64,000 nt of DNA, from contig JBNRSN020000005.1 of the NCBI GenBank assembly GCA_051313645.2, positions 169,322,001 to 169,386,000 of the forward strand. The letters are read 5' to 3'. Each line of letters begins with the position of its first letter. Within the stretch, counting starts at the first letter, position 1. Below the pieces are notes generated by a model. It saw only the letters and a list, made by a program, of their open reading frames with translations, made no database searches and had not been told where the DNA came from. This DNA is from Centroscyllium fabricii. Its lineage: Eukaryota. The translations under genes were made by a program, and so were the position numbers. Positions 24,704 through 39,076 of the stretch are shown here, in pieces.

Positions 24704-26609
24704 GTAAGTAATAAAACAACTCTGCATGCTTTTCTGGTATATGTTGCTTTAAAGGTCACAATAAGCACATATATTTCCCCAAAGGTTTATTTAAAAAAAA
24801 TAAAAAAATTATTGATATAACTATTTGTTTAAAATGATTCATATGACCAGTATTGCTAGCCTGTAGCTTATGGAGTTAAATTTGTGGCAGTTTTGAAGTA
24901 TAGATTTTGTTTTCAATATAGGAACAATTGCTTTGTGTTATAACAAATGGATAACATGAAAGGCAGATTTTAAATCCTGAAAAGGTGAATGAAATTGTAC
25001 AAATTAATATCTTGCCACTTAAATGAGTGGGGAAACATTGGAGCTATTGGCCATTTAAACGCTTGCTGTTACGCATTCTGCAGCACCCACTACATGTAAA
25101 ACCTCATTTTATAATGTACCAACATTCTTTTTTCCTTTTTAGCAGCAGCAGTTTATTATTGGCAAACTAGAAATGGTTCTTTTTCCAGATGTTTGTTATG
25201 CCCATTGCTGGAGCTATTTCTTGGAGAGCCTTTTTAAAAAAGGTTTTGCATTAATGTATGGCGAGCTTCAGTTAACACTTGTATTGGGTTGTCCACCTCC
25301 GTCAAAGATTGCATCCACATTCTTTCATATGGTAAAGCATCCACATTAATGGACAGTGGTGGGAATTCGAGACTCCGTGGAGGTGAAGACACAGGTTGTT
25401 GCATTTTGGAAGATTTTTAATTTCTGGAGGAAGTAGACTAGGAGAGCATGAGAACTTGAGCTCAGATAATGGTTCGGGTTTTGACAAGTGGGTGATGTTG
25501 CAAAGATGAAAGAAGGCAGTCTTGGTAACCAAGCAGATGCAGGGAAAGAATTAGGTTGTACACCAAGATTCAGATCCGAAGGACGTAATGGGTTGGGAGC
25601 CTACAAAGTGAATGGGTCATGGTTGGGGGCACGTGTGTGCTGATGAGAGCTGAGGAGCATGACCTGGGCTTTGCTGACATTAAGGTGGAGAAAATCTAGT
25701 GGTTTTTAAGTTCCTCATTGCGGTGGTGGTCTTGGAGAATTTAATCTGTATTTTAGCAGTAACCTACACCTGGGATCGAAGCCTTATTTTGCACATGATG
25801 TCTGACCCATCTGAACCAGTGGTTCCATGTGATCTTAAATTCCTTACTTATTGACCCTTAAAATATTTGCTCTTCTCTCTGCTCAGAGTTACTGCACTTA
25901 ATGTCCTGATAGTGGATTAACTTTGACAATCAGATAGGGCAGTGATCAGGCTCCCAAATCCTGTGCCTAAAATTGTATCTTGAGTTTTATTTGTCTCAGG
26001 AAATTGATACATGGAATCTACAACACCGAAACTGACCATTCGGCCCAACTTGTCTTTGTGTACTCCGCACAAGCCTCGTTCCACTCTAATTACCTCATTG
26101 TCCCTTCTTGTCGTCCTCAGTTTATGATCCTCCACCAATGCCTCTCCTCGTCTTGATCTACTGCCCTTGCTTGTTTTCATTCTTAACTGTCACTGGCTTC
26201 TCTTCCCATCCTATATCATCATCCCAAGGATTCATAGTTAGTCCCTCTTTCTCATCTACATGATGCCTTGACAACATCCTAAACCATGAGGTCAGCTGCA
26301 AGTGTGCCAATAGCACCCTGTTCTACTTCTCCACGATCTCTCAAGGTCTTCTCTACCTCCTATCCTGTCGGACTGCTTGTCCATCATCCATTCTTGTAGA
26401 AGCTAAACATTGGGAAGATTGTAAACATCGTCTTCAGTCGTTTCCACAAACTCCGTACCCTTGTCACTTGATTCCATCCCCCTTACTGGAAACTGTCTGG
26501 CTGAACCAGACTGCTCACAACCTTGGCATCCTGTTTCACTCAAAGCTGTGCTTCCGACCTTGTATCCTGTCCAGCCCAAAGACTTAATATTTCCACCTCT
26601 GCCTCTATC

Positions 26610-27046
26610 TTAAAGAAAGAATTTGCAATTGTACCATGCCTTTCATGTCCTCTGAAAGCCCCAAAGAACTTCACAGCCAGTTAAGTATCTTTGAAGTGTA
26701 GTCACTGTTGTAATTTAAGAGAAAGTGACGGTCAGTTTGCACAACAGTGATTTTGAGATTGTTTTTTTTTCAAATGTTGTTGGTTGAGGGATAAATGTTG
26801 GCCAGGATACATGGAGAACTTCCCTTCTCTTCAAATAAATAGTGCCATGGGATCTTTAACATCCACTTATGCGGACAGGCAGGGCCTCGATTAAATGTCT
26901 CCTCTGAAAGACTGTACCTGCATTGCAGCGCTCCCTCAGTACTGTACTGAAGTGTCAACTTGGATTATGTGATTAAATCTCAGGAGTGGGACTTGAGCAC
27001 ATGCCTAGCTAATTCAAATGTGAGCGTGCTACTGCTGAGCCAAGGT
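26610..27046 (-). mobile_element. Deu-domain SINE
   Basis: Same module as 4990..5397 and 37195..37638. Confidence 0.7.
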
Positions 27047-27444
27047 TGATACTATTTTGGCTGATTTTGCTGCTGAAACTCTCATTCATGCCTTGGCCAC
27101 CTCCAAACTCAATTACTCTAATGCTGTCCTGCCAGCCTCCATTCTCCATCCTTTGTAAAGTTCACCTAATTCAAAACTTTGCTGCTCATATCCTATCACA
27201 CGCTAGGTCCTACCTGCTCATCACACCTGCCCCTCACACATTTTAAATTTAAAATTCACATCCTTGTGTTTTAATCCCTTCATGATCTCACCCATCCCTA
27301 TATCTCTAACTACCTTCAGCCCTACATCCCCTCTCTTTTCCCCTGCCCCCCACTCCCATTCTGCATTCCTTGGCCTCCAGACTGTGCAACTTCCCTTTGC
27401 CTCATCATCGGCCTAATGTTTTTAACCACCAAGATCCCTCCATG

Positions 27445-28535
27445 ACCATAAGAAATAGGAGCAGGAATAAGCCATTTGGCCCCTTGAGCCTGCTCTGCCA
27501 TTCAATAAGATCATGACTGATTAACTCCACTTTCCTGCACTTTTCCCACATCCCTTGATTCCCTAAATATTCAAAAAATCTATCGATCTGTCTTGAATAT
27601 ACTCAGCAACTGAGCCTCCACAGCCCTCTGGGGTAGAGAATTCAAAAGATTCATCACCCTCTGAGTGAAGAAATGTTTCCTTATCTCAGTCCTAAATGGC
27701 TGACCCATGGCTCTAGACTCCCCAGCCAGGGGAAACATCTCCCTGCATCTACCCTGTCAAGCCCTGGAAAAATGTTGTATGTTTCAATGAGATCACCTCT
27801 CATTCTTCTAATCTCCAGAGAATATAGGCCTAATCTACTCAATCTATCTTCATAGGACAATTTCCACCCCCCCCCCCCCCCCCCCCAATCCCAGGAACCA
27901 GTCTGGTGAATCTTTGTTGCACTCCCTCTGTGGCATGTATATCCTTCCTTCAGTAAGGAGACCAAAACTGTACACAATACTCCAGGTGTGGTCTCATCAG
28001 GGCCCTATATAATTGCAGTAAGACGTCTTTACTCTTCTACTCGAATCCTCTTGTAATAAAGGCCAACATGCCATTTGCTTTCCTAATTGCTTGCTGTACC
28101 TGCATGTTAACTTTCAGTGATTTGTGTACAAGGACACCCAGGATCCCTCTGAACACCAACATTTCCCAATCTCTCTCGATTAAAAAAAAAAAAAAAAATA
28201 CTCTTTTCTATTTTTCCTACCAAAATGGATAACTTCACATTTCTCCACATTATATTCCATTTGCCATATCCCTGCCCACTCACTTAGCCTGACTATATCC
28301 CCTTGAAGCCTCCTTGCATCCTCCTCACAACTTACATTCCCACCTAGCTTTGTATCATCAGCAAACCTGGATATATTACATTTGATCCCCTCATCCAAAT
28401 CATTGATCTAGATTGTGAATAGCTGAGGCCCAAGCACTGATCCTTGCGGTACCCCACTAGTTACAGCCTGAGAACCCGAAAATGACCCAATTATATCCTA
28501 CTGTTTTCTGTTCGTTAACCAATCCTCAATCCATC
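27445..28535 (-). mobile_element. CR1 LINE 3' fragment
   Basis: [30 protein letters not shown]. Confidence 0.88.
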
Positions 28536-28729
28536 TCCATCTTCCTCTGCTTTAAACTTCCTAAAACTATCACTTTGACCAAGCTTTTGGTCATCCCCTC
28601 CTAATCTCCTCTGGCTTGATATCTGTTTTCATTGTGCCTCTGAAACACCGTGTGATATTTTTTACATTGAAGCCCTGTATAAATATGTTCTGATAACTTC
28701 ACCGCCCCAACTGGTTTCCAGAATTAATC

Positions 28730-31100
28730 AGAGACGTAACGGCACAGAAGGAGGCCATTCGGCCAATCGAGTCTGTGCCAGCTGTCTGTAGAGCAATCCA
28801 GTCAGTTCCATTCCCCGCTCTATTTTTCCTCATATCCCTCCTGTATCTCTTGCCCAAAACCATAAATCTATGTCCCCTAATCCTTGTACCATCAACCAGT
28901 GGGAACTGCCTTTCCCCGTCTAGCCTATCCAAACCTGTCATAATCTTGTACACCTATCAAATCGCCCCTCAACCTCCTTTACTCCAATGAAAACAAATCC
29001 AGCTTCTCCAACCTGTTCTTGTAGCTAAGATCTCCCATCCCCAGAACCATTCTGGTAACTCTCTGCACCATCTCAAGGGCCTTCACATCCTTCCTAAAGT
29101 GTGGTGACTAGAACTAGACGCAATACCCCAGTTGTGGCCTAACCAGCACTTTATAAAGGTTCAGCATAACTTCTCTACTTTTGTACTCCGTACCTCTATT
29201 TATGAAGCCCAAGATCCCACATGCTTTGCTAACCACACTCAATATATCCCGTCACCTTCAGGGACCTATGCACATTAACTCCCAGGCCCCTCTGTCCCAG
29301 CGCACCCTTTAAAACTGTGCCATTAAGTGTATATTGCCTCTCCCTGTTCCTTCTGCCAAAATGCATCACCTCACACTCTTCTAGTAAATTCCATCTGCCC
29401 ATTCTGCTAGCCTTTCTATATCCTGTTGCAGTCGACCACAACTCACTGTTTTCTGTCCTTAAGCCAATTCCTTATCCAAGATGCCACTGACCCACCTATT
29501 CCATGAGCCTCAATGTTGTTAACCAGCCTTCTATGTGATACTTTGTCAAATGCCTTCCTAAAATCCATGTAGACAACATCCATTGCATTCCCTTCATCAA
29601 TCCTCCCTGTTACTTCATCAAAACATTTAATTAGATTGGTCAACCAGGATTTGGCGTTTCCAAATCTGTGTTGGCTTTCTTTAATTAGCTTAAACCTCAC
29701 CAAGGGCCCGTTAAATTTTTCCTTGATTTATTGTTTCTAAAACTTTACCCTCCACTGATATTAAACTGACCGCCCTATAGTTACTAGGATTGTCCTTGCA
29801 CCCTGTCCAATTCTCAGGTGCCACCTCTGCATCCAGGGAACATTGGAAAATTATGGCAAGCCATCTGGAGCAGGCGACCTATCCACTCTAAGCATACCCA
29901 GCCTTACTAGTACATCCAGCCTATCAATTTTCACCCCTTCCATTGCTCCTACTTTTTGCAATGCTACCAATATTTTGTCAGTATCCACCTCCTTAGTAAA
30001 CACCGATACAAAGTAATCGTTGAGTATTCTGGCCTTGCCCTGCGCCCCGAAGCATATATCACCTTCTTTGTCTCTAATAGGCCCCACCTCTCCTCTTCCT
30101 ACCCACTTACTGTTTACATGATGGGATGAGATTTTGGGGTTCCCTTTTATGTTAATTGGCATTCAACTGTCATTCGCTTTGCTAATCTTATTTTCATCTT
30201 CACTTCCCCTCTCAACTTATTGTATTTGGCCTGGTTCTCCCTTGAAGAATTCACCTGACATGCATCATACACTTTTTTGTTTTTGTTTCATCATCTCTCT
30301 CTCTCTCTCCCTCATCATCCAAGGAGCCCTTGCTTTGTGCCCTTACCCTTCCCTCTTGTTGAAGTGTACCTAGCCTGTGCTTAGAACATCTCCTCCTTAA
30401 AGATCACCCATTGTTCCGTTACAGTTTTTCCTATCAGTCTTTGGTTCCATTTTACCCTGGCTAGATCCTTTCGCATCCCATTGAAGTTGGCGCTATTCCA
30501 GTTCAGAAGTTCCATTCTAGATTGTTTTGTGCTCCTCTCCATTGCTAATCTAAATCTTATGATATGATGATCACTCGTACCCAAGTGTTCTCCCACAGAC
30601 ACTTGGTCGACCTGGCCCACCTCATTCACCAGCACCAGATCCAGCAATGCCTCCTTCCTAGTTGGGCCAAGAACATATTGGTCAAAGAAATTCTCCTGAA
30701 CACATTTCAGAAATTCCTCCCCCTCCTTTCCCTTTACCTCAGCATTATCCCAATCGATATTTGGGTAATTAAAGTCCCCCAATATCACCACTCTATAACT
30801 ATCTCTGCGATTTCCCTGTAAATTTGCTCCTCTACCTCCCTCTCACTATTTGGAGGCCTATAGAATATCCCCAATAGTGCGATCCGACCCCTTCTCCTCA
30901 ACCATAACCAAATGGATTCTGTCCTTGTTCCCTGAAGAACATCCTCCCTTTCCAACACTACAATGTCTTCTTTAATCAGCATTGCCACCCCACCTCACTT
31001 TTTTCCTTCCCTATCTTTTCTGAACACCTTGAATATTAAGTGCCCAGTCCTCACCGTTTTTAAGCCACGTTTCTGTTCTTGCCACGGCATCATATTGCCA
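28730..31100 (-). mobile_element. CR1 LINE ORF2 remnant including the apurinic-type endonuclease
   Basis: YRPPN, ILGDFNYPNIDW, LLDLVL and SDH (endonuclease); YMDFRKAFDKV (RT). Confidence 0.9.
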
Positions 31101-33183
31101 CAGATTTCTGCATAATTCATTGGTTCATGTTCAATGTCCACATGCAATTTAGGAAGATTGTTGCATTCACCTACCTTTTTGGTAATTTAACCTCTTGTGT
31201 CAAAAGCGTTGTACTTCTCCCGTTTTTGCATGCTCTGAGCTGAATTAAATTAGTTTCCTATTTTTTTGTGTGTTTATCTGTTTTGTCAATCGACTCTTGT
31301 GTGCTTTGGAGCACTAAGGAAGGTTAAGTGCCACCAAATCTTCAGTGGCGTGAATTACTTAAAAATTACACTGTCCATTGTTTTCTCCCTTGTTTGGATA
31401 ATTGCACGTTCATTTGAATGTTGAGCAATATTCATAGAATGAAGACTCGAGTTGATCCTTTTTTTGGTATTTTTCGCATTTTTTTTTTGTTATGCAGGCT
31501 GTAAATTGCACACATGGCATAGGATCTTAAAGCCAAGGCTAATTTGGCTGCCATGACCCCAGTGATATCACAACACCTTATACATCGGATGTTTTCAGTG
31601 GCTGTAATTGTTGAACCCTTAGTTATTTCACAATTACAACATGCAAATTAACACCATATTAGTATGATAAAAGTTATGGCAGTGCTGCATTTTTCATCGG
31701 TATTGGCTGGGTGCTCTGTCTACAGTATTCTTAAACATATGGAGATGGTTAATTGCAGGAATATCAAATAATGCCATCAAATCATGTAAACTGGAGACTG
31801 CATTCAGGAGCTTTACAATATGCTGACCTCCGACATGGTTTGTACTCTGGCACTTGTCCTGGACTCTGTCCTTTCACCAACATTATGTTTCATTAAACAT
31901 ACAAGATTCCTTTAGACTATGAGCATGGCATTTCTTTTCCACAAGCCAATATCGGAGATCGATTTGCATACAGATGGATCTGGATGAATTAAGTGAATGG
32001 GCCAGCGAATGCCACAATGGAATTAAATTTAGATGAGTTAACATAGGTATAGGAAATGGTTGCTGTGGACAAGTATGACTTATCCAACTGCTGTCATCTT
32101 GCCAACTGTTTTTATATCCTATTTTATACTATTAATGTGTAATAGTGATGATCTGATGGGGGCCCACTGAAATGACTTACACAAGTAAACATGGTAGCCA
32201 TGGGGGCCCAGTGCTTTCTGCATATATTTTCTGTTGCTTCAGCTATAGTGTTACAATCCAAATTAGAGTTGTCACATTATTTTTGATAATTGGAATGCAT
32301 TGTACCTGGGAGCAGTAGGTCTGTGCCTATGATGTTGCACAATCCCCTAAAGTGTCAGCTTGACTCAGCTGGAGGGATTTTGCCTAGGAAGCACAAGGTT
32401 TTGCTTTCAGGCCTCTACTGAGACTTGAGCACATAATCTAGGGTGATACTCCACTTTAAGTTCTGAAGGAGTGCTGCATTGTTGGTGTTGTCCAGCTAAA
32501 ATATTTAAACCAAGCTGTGTCTACCTGTTCTAATGGTTCAAGTGGACGTTGGTGCTAATCGCATAAGGTTAGATTTCTCCCAGTGTCCTGTTGCCATTCC
32601 TCTGTTAATCATCACCAATTAAAAACTCATTGATCCATTGTTATATGCAAAATGGCTACCATGTTTACTTGTGTAAGTCATTGGGAAACTTGGAAGCATT
32701 TATAAGAGACATGATAAAAAGACTAGTTTATATAGCACGTTCACCCATGGAATTTCTTGATATTTGGTTGCGCCATTAGTGAAGTGATGAGCAGAAGCTT
32801 GGTACGTCCCTGACAGGAGGGGAAGTTGGGCAACAAGACATTGTCGGATAAGAGAACGGGAGAAAAATACTTCCACATTTCAGTAAATTTAGAAACTTTT
32901 ATATTTTAAAGGGTTCATTCATATCTTGTAATTATATTGGCATAAACATCTGAAGTCCTGAATACATTCATGTTTGTTACTTTAGAAACAGTGCAGGATA
33001 TGTATTGACTTTTTAAAGTTTTAATATCTGACAGAAATGTAATTCCAATTAACAAGATGTAAATCAGAATCACTTCTGAAACAGGCATGAAATTGACAAG
33101 TTGATTATTTTACAATACTTCAGTTACACCAGTAAATTGCAGTACAGTACCTGGAATATAAAGATATATTTGATTTCTTTCAG

Positions 33184-33276
33184 GGTGCTGCCTTTGTAGA
33201 ATTTGATGTACATCTTTCAAAAGACCATGTTCCTATTGTATACCATGATCTCACCTGTTGTATATCGATGAAAAAG
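33184..33276 (+). CDS. GPCPD1: GPCPD1 exon (GAAFVEFDVHLSKDHVPIVYHDLTCCISMKK)
   Basis: ctttcag|GGT...AAG|gtatgt; 93 nt; metal-binding ExD and second catalytic His (HD). Confidence 0.96.
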
Positions 33277-35423
33277 GTATGTGATTGTTCTTTCTTTCAC
33301 TGTCTACATATCACATAAGCCAACTGCTAGCGTTGTGGAAGCAGCATTCCTTTAGAGAGTTATGAGCATTGTCCTGTGGGCATCCAGTGTGGTGTGTGAC
33401 ACAACCCTCCTAGGTAGGGGCAGTACTTCACCTTGTTTTAAATATATCTCTGCAGCTTGAAGTTAGTGTTTCTTTACTTTGTTTCTGATAAGTTTTTGAA
33501 TCTTTGTTTTTCTGAATCAGATCTTTCCTGGGTTGAAAGCTACAAAGTGGCAATAGGCCTTCTGTTCTGTAACTTATTTTGGGTGGTAGTCATGTCTGCC
33601 ATTGAAGCATAACATGGCTGCAGCTATTCTTTTCCTCAACAACAGGAACTTGTACTTGTATAGCACCTTTAACTAGTAAGATGAGTTTACAGGAGCGTTA
33701 ACATACTAAATTTGATACCGAGCCACATAAGGAGCTGTTGGGGCAGAAGCTTGGTCAGAGAGCTAAGTTTTAAGGAGCATCATAAAGGAGGAGAAAGAGG
33801 TGGAGAGATTTAGGGAGGGATTTCCAGAGCTTAGGGCCTTGGCAGCTGAAGACACAGCCCCCCATGGTGGAACAATTAAAATGGGGGGTGCTCAAGAGCC
33901 AGAATTGGAGCACAAGTATTGAGGTTATATGGCTGGAGGAGATTAATCATCTTGCCTTGACTGTTATGTGGCTTTGTTTTGCATACAACCACTTTTTCTC
34001 TGGCTTCTCCTTTAGATTAACCTAGAGTAGCCTTTTGTGGTGGCTGTTGTTGACTTGGGGCGATAGCAATTCTAATTTCCTTATCCCAGAAGGCCTACTG
34101 ACTCCTTTGGTGGTTACTGGCATTCATTGTTCTTTAAGCTCCTAGCAAGGTCATGAGGATGCTGTTCTTGAAGCTGATTTGTATTCCTTGAATTCTGATT
34201 TTTGATCTTGACCCATCCCAAGCAAAATTTATTGCGCTGTGGGTCAGGCAGCATAATTTCCAGGTTCTGGTGAAAGGTCATTGACCTGAAACGGTAACCC
34301 TACCTTCCCCTCTTCATAGATGCTGCCTGTCCGGCTGTGTTTCCAACATCTTCTGTTTCTGTATTTTGAATTTCCAGCATCTGCAGTGTTTTATTGCTCT
34401 ATGCCTGTGTAACAGAGTCCCTTCAGAAGAGACCAGGTTTCTTTTCCAGAGAAACATAGAAGATAGGAGCAGGAGCCGGCCATTCAGCCCCTCGAGCCTG
34501 CTCCGCCATTCAATGCGATCATGGCTGATCATCCAAACCCAGCACCTTGTCCCTGCCGTCTCTCCATATCCCTTGATCCCTTTAGCCTTGAGAAATAAAA
34601 AAGAAAGGAATGCGCTCACCTCTGACTAAAACTGATCAATCATATCAAGAACTGATTAAAGAATTCCATTCCCCAGTTTGACCACAAACATTTGTCTTAC
34701 ATTTATCTACCTTGCATTGTTAAAACCCTCTGTTTTACAACTCTGTTAGTACTGTAGTGATGTGCAAACACAACACCTTCAACCAGGTTACACACAGCAA
34801 GATTCCACACAGCAAAACTAACAAACCGCAACAAGATGAATGACTAGATATGGTACTTTGGTATACTGAAATGGAACTGTTATCCTTAATCTGTGATACT
34901 ATCCAAAAAGTTGTTCAAATTGGTGAACCTTGTGCTCACCCTTTTAGACAACACCTACAGAAACTTGGCTACACTTGTTTCCACATAGCCAGAGGGCCAC
35001 TATGCATGAAATATCTTATGTTTTGCCCTTGGACATAGAAATTGTCAGTATTGGATGTTTTTTGAATTTGCATCTGCCCTGTACCTTACTTTACATTATC
35101 TAAAATTATATCCTCAATGCAGCTTTAACTACATGTATGTCTGCCTGTCTAACCTGATTGACCTCCGTCTCAAAAGTCAGCACTGGCAGCTATCCAAAAT
35201 ATATTCTGTGCTTCATGTGTTGGCATACCAAATAATGTAACAAATGGAATACTGTCACTGGTTGTTCACTAAGATAAGGTTTAATGCTGTTTTGATTTCA
35301 TTTGTTTGGAAATCACAAGGATGATGCAGGTTATAGCAGTAACTCAGTTGGTTCATCATGTTGAAGATGTATTTTTATCATATGGGATATGGGTTTAAAT
35401 CTAGCCCAGAATGATCAAGCTAA

Positions 35424-36073
35424 AGGCCGAGAAATGCACCTCCTGTTATCGCCTCCAGGAGGCGATAATGGGGTGCTAAGCAGTGAGAAGATCAACTATA
35501 TTTGACGGGCAGTTTGCGGCGGCGGTATGGTGTAGTGCCGCGATCTCCTTCGCCCGGAGAGCCCCTGACCCGAACTTCAGTTCTACCCCCTGCAGCATAG
35601 CTGGGCGAAAACACCAGCAACTGCATGAGGTATTCATCGGCAGGCTGGACACTTCGGGGTGATACTTAAAGGCGAGGTGGCCGAGGTAAGTGAAAAAAAT
35701 TCTGATGCTCTGGCTCGTTTTTTCCCCCCTTTGTCTTTGCTAGCGAACGATCAGCCCGGCGCCCTGCAGTGCATTGGGCTGATCGGCTGGATCGCAGCTG
35801 TCGTTGGGGACCAGCTAAGTTTTCCCCTTGCAGAGCCTGCAGCAATGGTCCTTCCCTTTAATGCAGTGAATGAGCCTTCCAATGCGGCAGTGCTACATGG
35901 CCCATTGTGCAGTGCTGCACACCCACCGCCCCGACTGCTGCCAGTTGCGCTCCAGGAAGGAAGTGGAGCACTTGATTTAGTGCGCCACTTCCTGCACTTC
36001 CTTCCTGGAGTGCAAACGCTGAATTCATTTTTAAAGTTAGCACCCCAAATGGGGTGATGCTGAATTTCTCCTC
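35424..36073. mobile_element. GC-rich non-autonomous DNA element, probably Harbinger-type
   Basis: Ends GGCCGAGAAAT / ATTTCTCCTC; subterminal inverted match TGGGGTGCTAA / TTAGCACCCCA. Confidence 0.55.
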
Positions 36074-36277
36074 GTATTCTTCCTCATAACTATGGGAATT
36101 AAAAGAAATTAATAAGAACAATAGGATCATGGCTGATCCTAACTTAGACTCACGTTTCCTGCCCGTTCCCCGTAACCCCTTATTCCCTTATGTGGGCAAT
36201 CCTGCCCCATTTCCTAGTGAAGTCCACAGCATAAAATTGTCTATAATTTGGCACTAATTGGCAAATTTAGTCTAATA

Positions 36278-36888
36278 TAGGTTGTGCACCGTTAATTCGG
36301 CACGGGCAGGACCAGCCCTGCGCCGGTATACCGAAAAAAAAACGGGAGAATGGCCGCCGCGAAGTTTTGAATGATCTGTGCATGCGACGGCGAGCGCATG
36401 CGCAGATCATGCGAAATGGCCGACCCAAAGTTGTACCCTCTGTCGGGCATCTGCTCCTCATCCGACAGGTCAGAGAAGGCCTTCTCCTCGTCTCCCAGCG
36501 ACTCCGAGGCGTTGGAGCTCTCCGCCGTCCGAGTCGCTGTTGAAGCCGCTGCTGCCTTCCATGGGGTTGGCGTCTCCTGAAGCCATCGGGACGGTGAATG
36601 TGCTGGGATCAAAGGCTGGAGTGCGCTCTGCTGCTCTCTCTCGCCTGTCCTCTCCTGTCTGTCTGCTCGCCCCGCCTGCCCTGTGCATGCACAAAATCGC
36701 CGCCGCGATCGAGGCTTCAGCGAATGATCTGCGCATGCGCTCGCTGTTTGGCGGCGCATGCACAGATCATTCGCCGAAGCCGCGATCGCGGCGCCCATTT
36801 TGCGCATGCGCAGGGCAGTCGGAGCGATTTGTGCCGGATGACTGAAGTTGCCGGCTTTTCGGTTGCCCGATTAACGGTGCTCAATCTG
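36278..36888. mobile_element. NRF1-motif MITE copy A (Tigger/pogo-like TIRs)
   Basis: TA|tAGGTTGTGCACCGTTAATT ... GATTAACGGTGCTCAAtCTG|TA. Confidence 0.85.
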
Positions 36889-37194
36889 TACTGCAAGGAT
36901 GGTTAGTATGGGAATGTCACTGTAGTACAGGTACTCTTGAGGTTTGGAGGAAGCTTTGGCCTGCGTTCCATCCAGAGTACTTGATGTTGACACTGGTTGT
37001 AAAGATAAAATGCTTTGTGTCCTGGGACTGGCATTCCTGACTAAGTTTTAAAAGAACAATTGTTAAGAAATTTGAAGAGATGCAGAAGTATGTTTATATT
37101 CAGTACTTTGAGAATAGTGCCAGTTAGTTAAAAACATATGAAATATGAAAAGACCATTCAACCCATCCAACCAAATCACATTCTGTAAACGAGA

Positions 37195-37638
37195 AAGAAA
37201 GACCTTGCATTTCTTTTGCTCCTTTCGGACCTCTGGCCATTCAAAAGCTCTTTACAGCCAATGAAGTACTTTTGCAGTGTAGTCACCGTTGTAATGTAGA
37301 AAACATGGTAGGCAATTTGTGGAAAGCAAGCTGCCACAAATGGCAATGTTATGACCAGATGATCTGTTTTAGTGATGTTGGTTGAGGGATCAATATTGGC
37401 CAGGACACTGAGAATAACTCCTGCTGTTCTTCGAAATCATGCCATGGGATCTTTTATATCCACCCAAGAGCGCAGACAGGGCCTCTGTTTAATGTCTCAT
37501 CTGAAAGACTGCACCTCCAACAGTGCAGCACTCCCTCAGAACTGTACTGGGGTGTTCGCCCTGCTTTTTGTACTCCAGTAGTGGGCTTGAACCCACAGCC
37601 TTTTGACTCGGACAAGCTACCCACTGAGCCACAGCTGA
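37195..37638 (-). mobile_element. Deu-domain SINE
   Basis: gccatgggatcttt...catctgaaagactgcacctccaacagtgcagcactccctcag; tRNA-like head at the right end. Confidence 0.72.
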
Positions 37639-37666
37639 TGCTTAAATGAGGCCCATTTGTTTAATA

Positions 37667-37984
37667 CAGGTCCGGCTCCGTTAATCCGGAAACTTCAGTC
37701 GTCCGACATGAATCCGGGCCTCTCCCTTACTGGTCTGCGCATGCGCAAAATGGCCGCTGCGCTTGGCTGCGCGGGCCCGGGCCTCTCCCCGACTCCTATT
37801 GAGTTAGTCTGAACGATTGATGCTTTGGCGAGCGCATGCGCAGACCATTCAAAATGGCTGCCGGCGTGCATGGCGGCCTTTTTGAATGGTCTGCGCATGC
37901 GCTCGCTGAAGCTTCAGTTCAGACTTTTCACTAGTCCGGCACCAGCCTGATCCCAACCGTGCCGGATTAATGGTGTCGGACCGG
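37667..37984. mobile_element. NRF1-motif MITE copy B (short CAGGTCCG subfamily)
   Basis: TA|CAGGTCCGGCTCCGTTAATCCGG ... CCGGATTAATGGTGTCGGACCgG; right end degenerate. Confidence 0.8.
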
Positions 37985-38356
37985 TTTCAGTTAATGGGTT
38001 AGTCTTTGAGAATTCTTTTCTGCTTTTTCCAGGTCTAGCTGCTGCTTTTGCCCGTAATATTTTTGCCTGTGCCAGTGAAGGATTAAAATAATGTATTTCC
38101 ACTGGATTTGATCTTTTGAAAATTATGTAGTTTTATTGTCCCATTGGAAGAACATTATCTGCTTTAGGTCAGTCAAATCGCACTAAAACTCTCAGCGCTT
38201 GTGTAAATGTTGGATTCTATTTTATTAATGTAGTCGAATTCATTCTTATGACTCTTAACTAATTTTTAAATAATTTTCATAATCTTCTGTGGCAACAGTT
38301 TTTGTAGCGTTTTTATAATATTGCTCACATTTCCAATGTGGCATTTATATTTTCAG

Positions 38357-38434
38357 AAAATGGACAAAGAATCTTCAGAATTGTTTGAAATTCCAGTAAA
38401 GGAACTTACATTTGAACAGTTACAGCTATTAAAG
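38357..38434 (+). CDS. GPCPD1: GPCPD1 exon (KMDKESSELFEIPVKELTFEQLQLLK)
   Basis: ttttcag|AAA...AAG|gtaaga; 78 nt. Confidence 0.94.
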
Positions 38435-38551
38435 GTAAGAAGCTATATAGAATAGTACAGCACAGAAAGAGGCCATTCGGCCCATCAAGTCTGCACTGGC
38501 TCTTTCGAAGAGCAATCCAGTTAGTCCCACTCCCCTGCTCTTTCCCATATA

Positions 38552-39076
38552 CAGGAAACTCTTATTTAACTGGCACATAAAGATCCGGAATTCTCCATTA
38601 ACCGGCAAAATTCTCATCCGAAAACAACACCTCAATAACCAACAGTGTCGCCGAGTCCGAGTCTCCTGTGATGGCTGAGTTAATCAGTGGGGGTAGTTCT
38701 CAAAACTGCCACAATCTGCCTCTTGGCGCTGTTGGGAGTCAGAGCACCTCAATAACCCTGTAACAGGCTCTCCGGCCCTGCCGGTACACTCTTCTGATCT
38801 GCCATTTTACAAGGGTACAGTGTGTCTCCCACACTGCTGGTAGTCATTGCATTGCATTACCCTCAACTGGTAGTACTGTACTTAATCAAGCATCTTCCAC
38901 CATCCATTTAACAACGTTCTGTAGGCAAGTACCCAATTACTGTATACTGCACATTGATTTTTTAGTTTTTCTTTGTTAAAAATAGCCTCCGTAGATAACC
39001 CTCTCTGTCATCCGGAATTTTTGATCAACCGGCAACACGCCGGTCCCATTGGTGCAGGATATCAAACCATTTCCTG
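38552..39076. mobile_element. Tigger/pogo-like non-autonomous DNA transposon (family 2)
   Basis: TA|CAGGAAAC...ATTTCCTG|TA. Confidence 0.72.
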
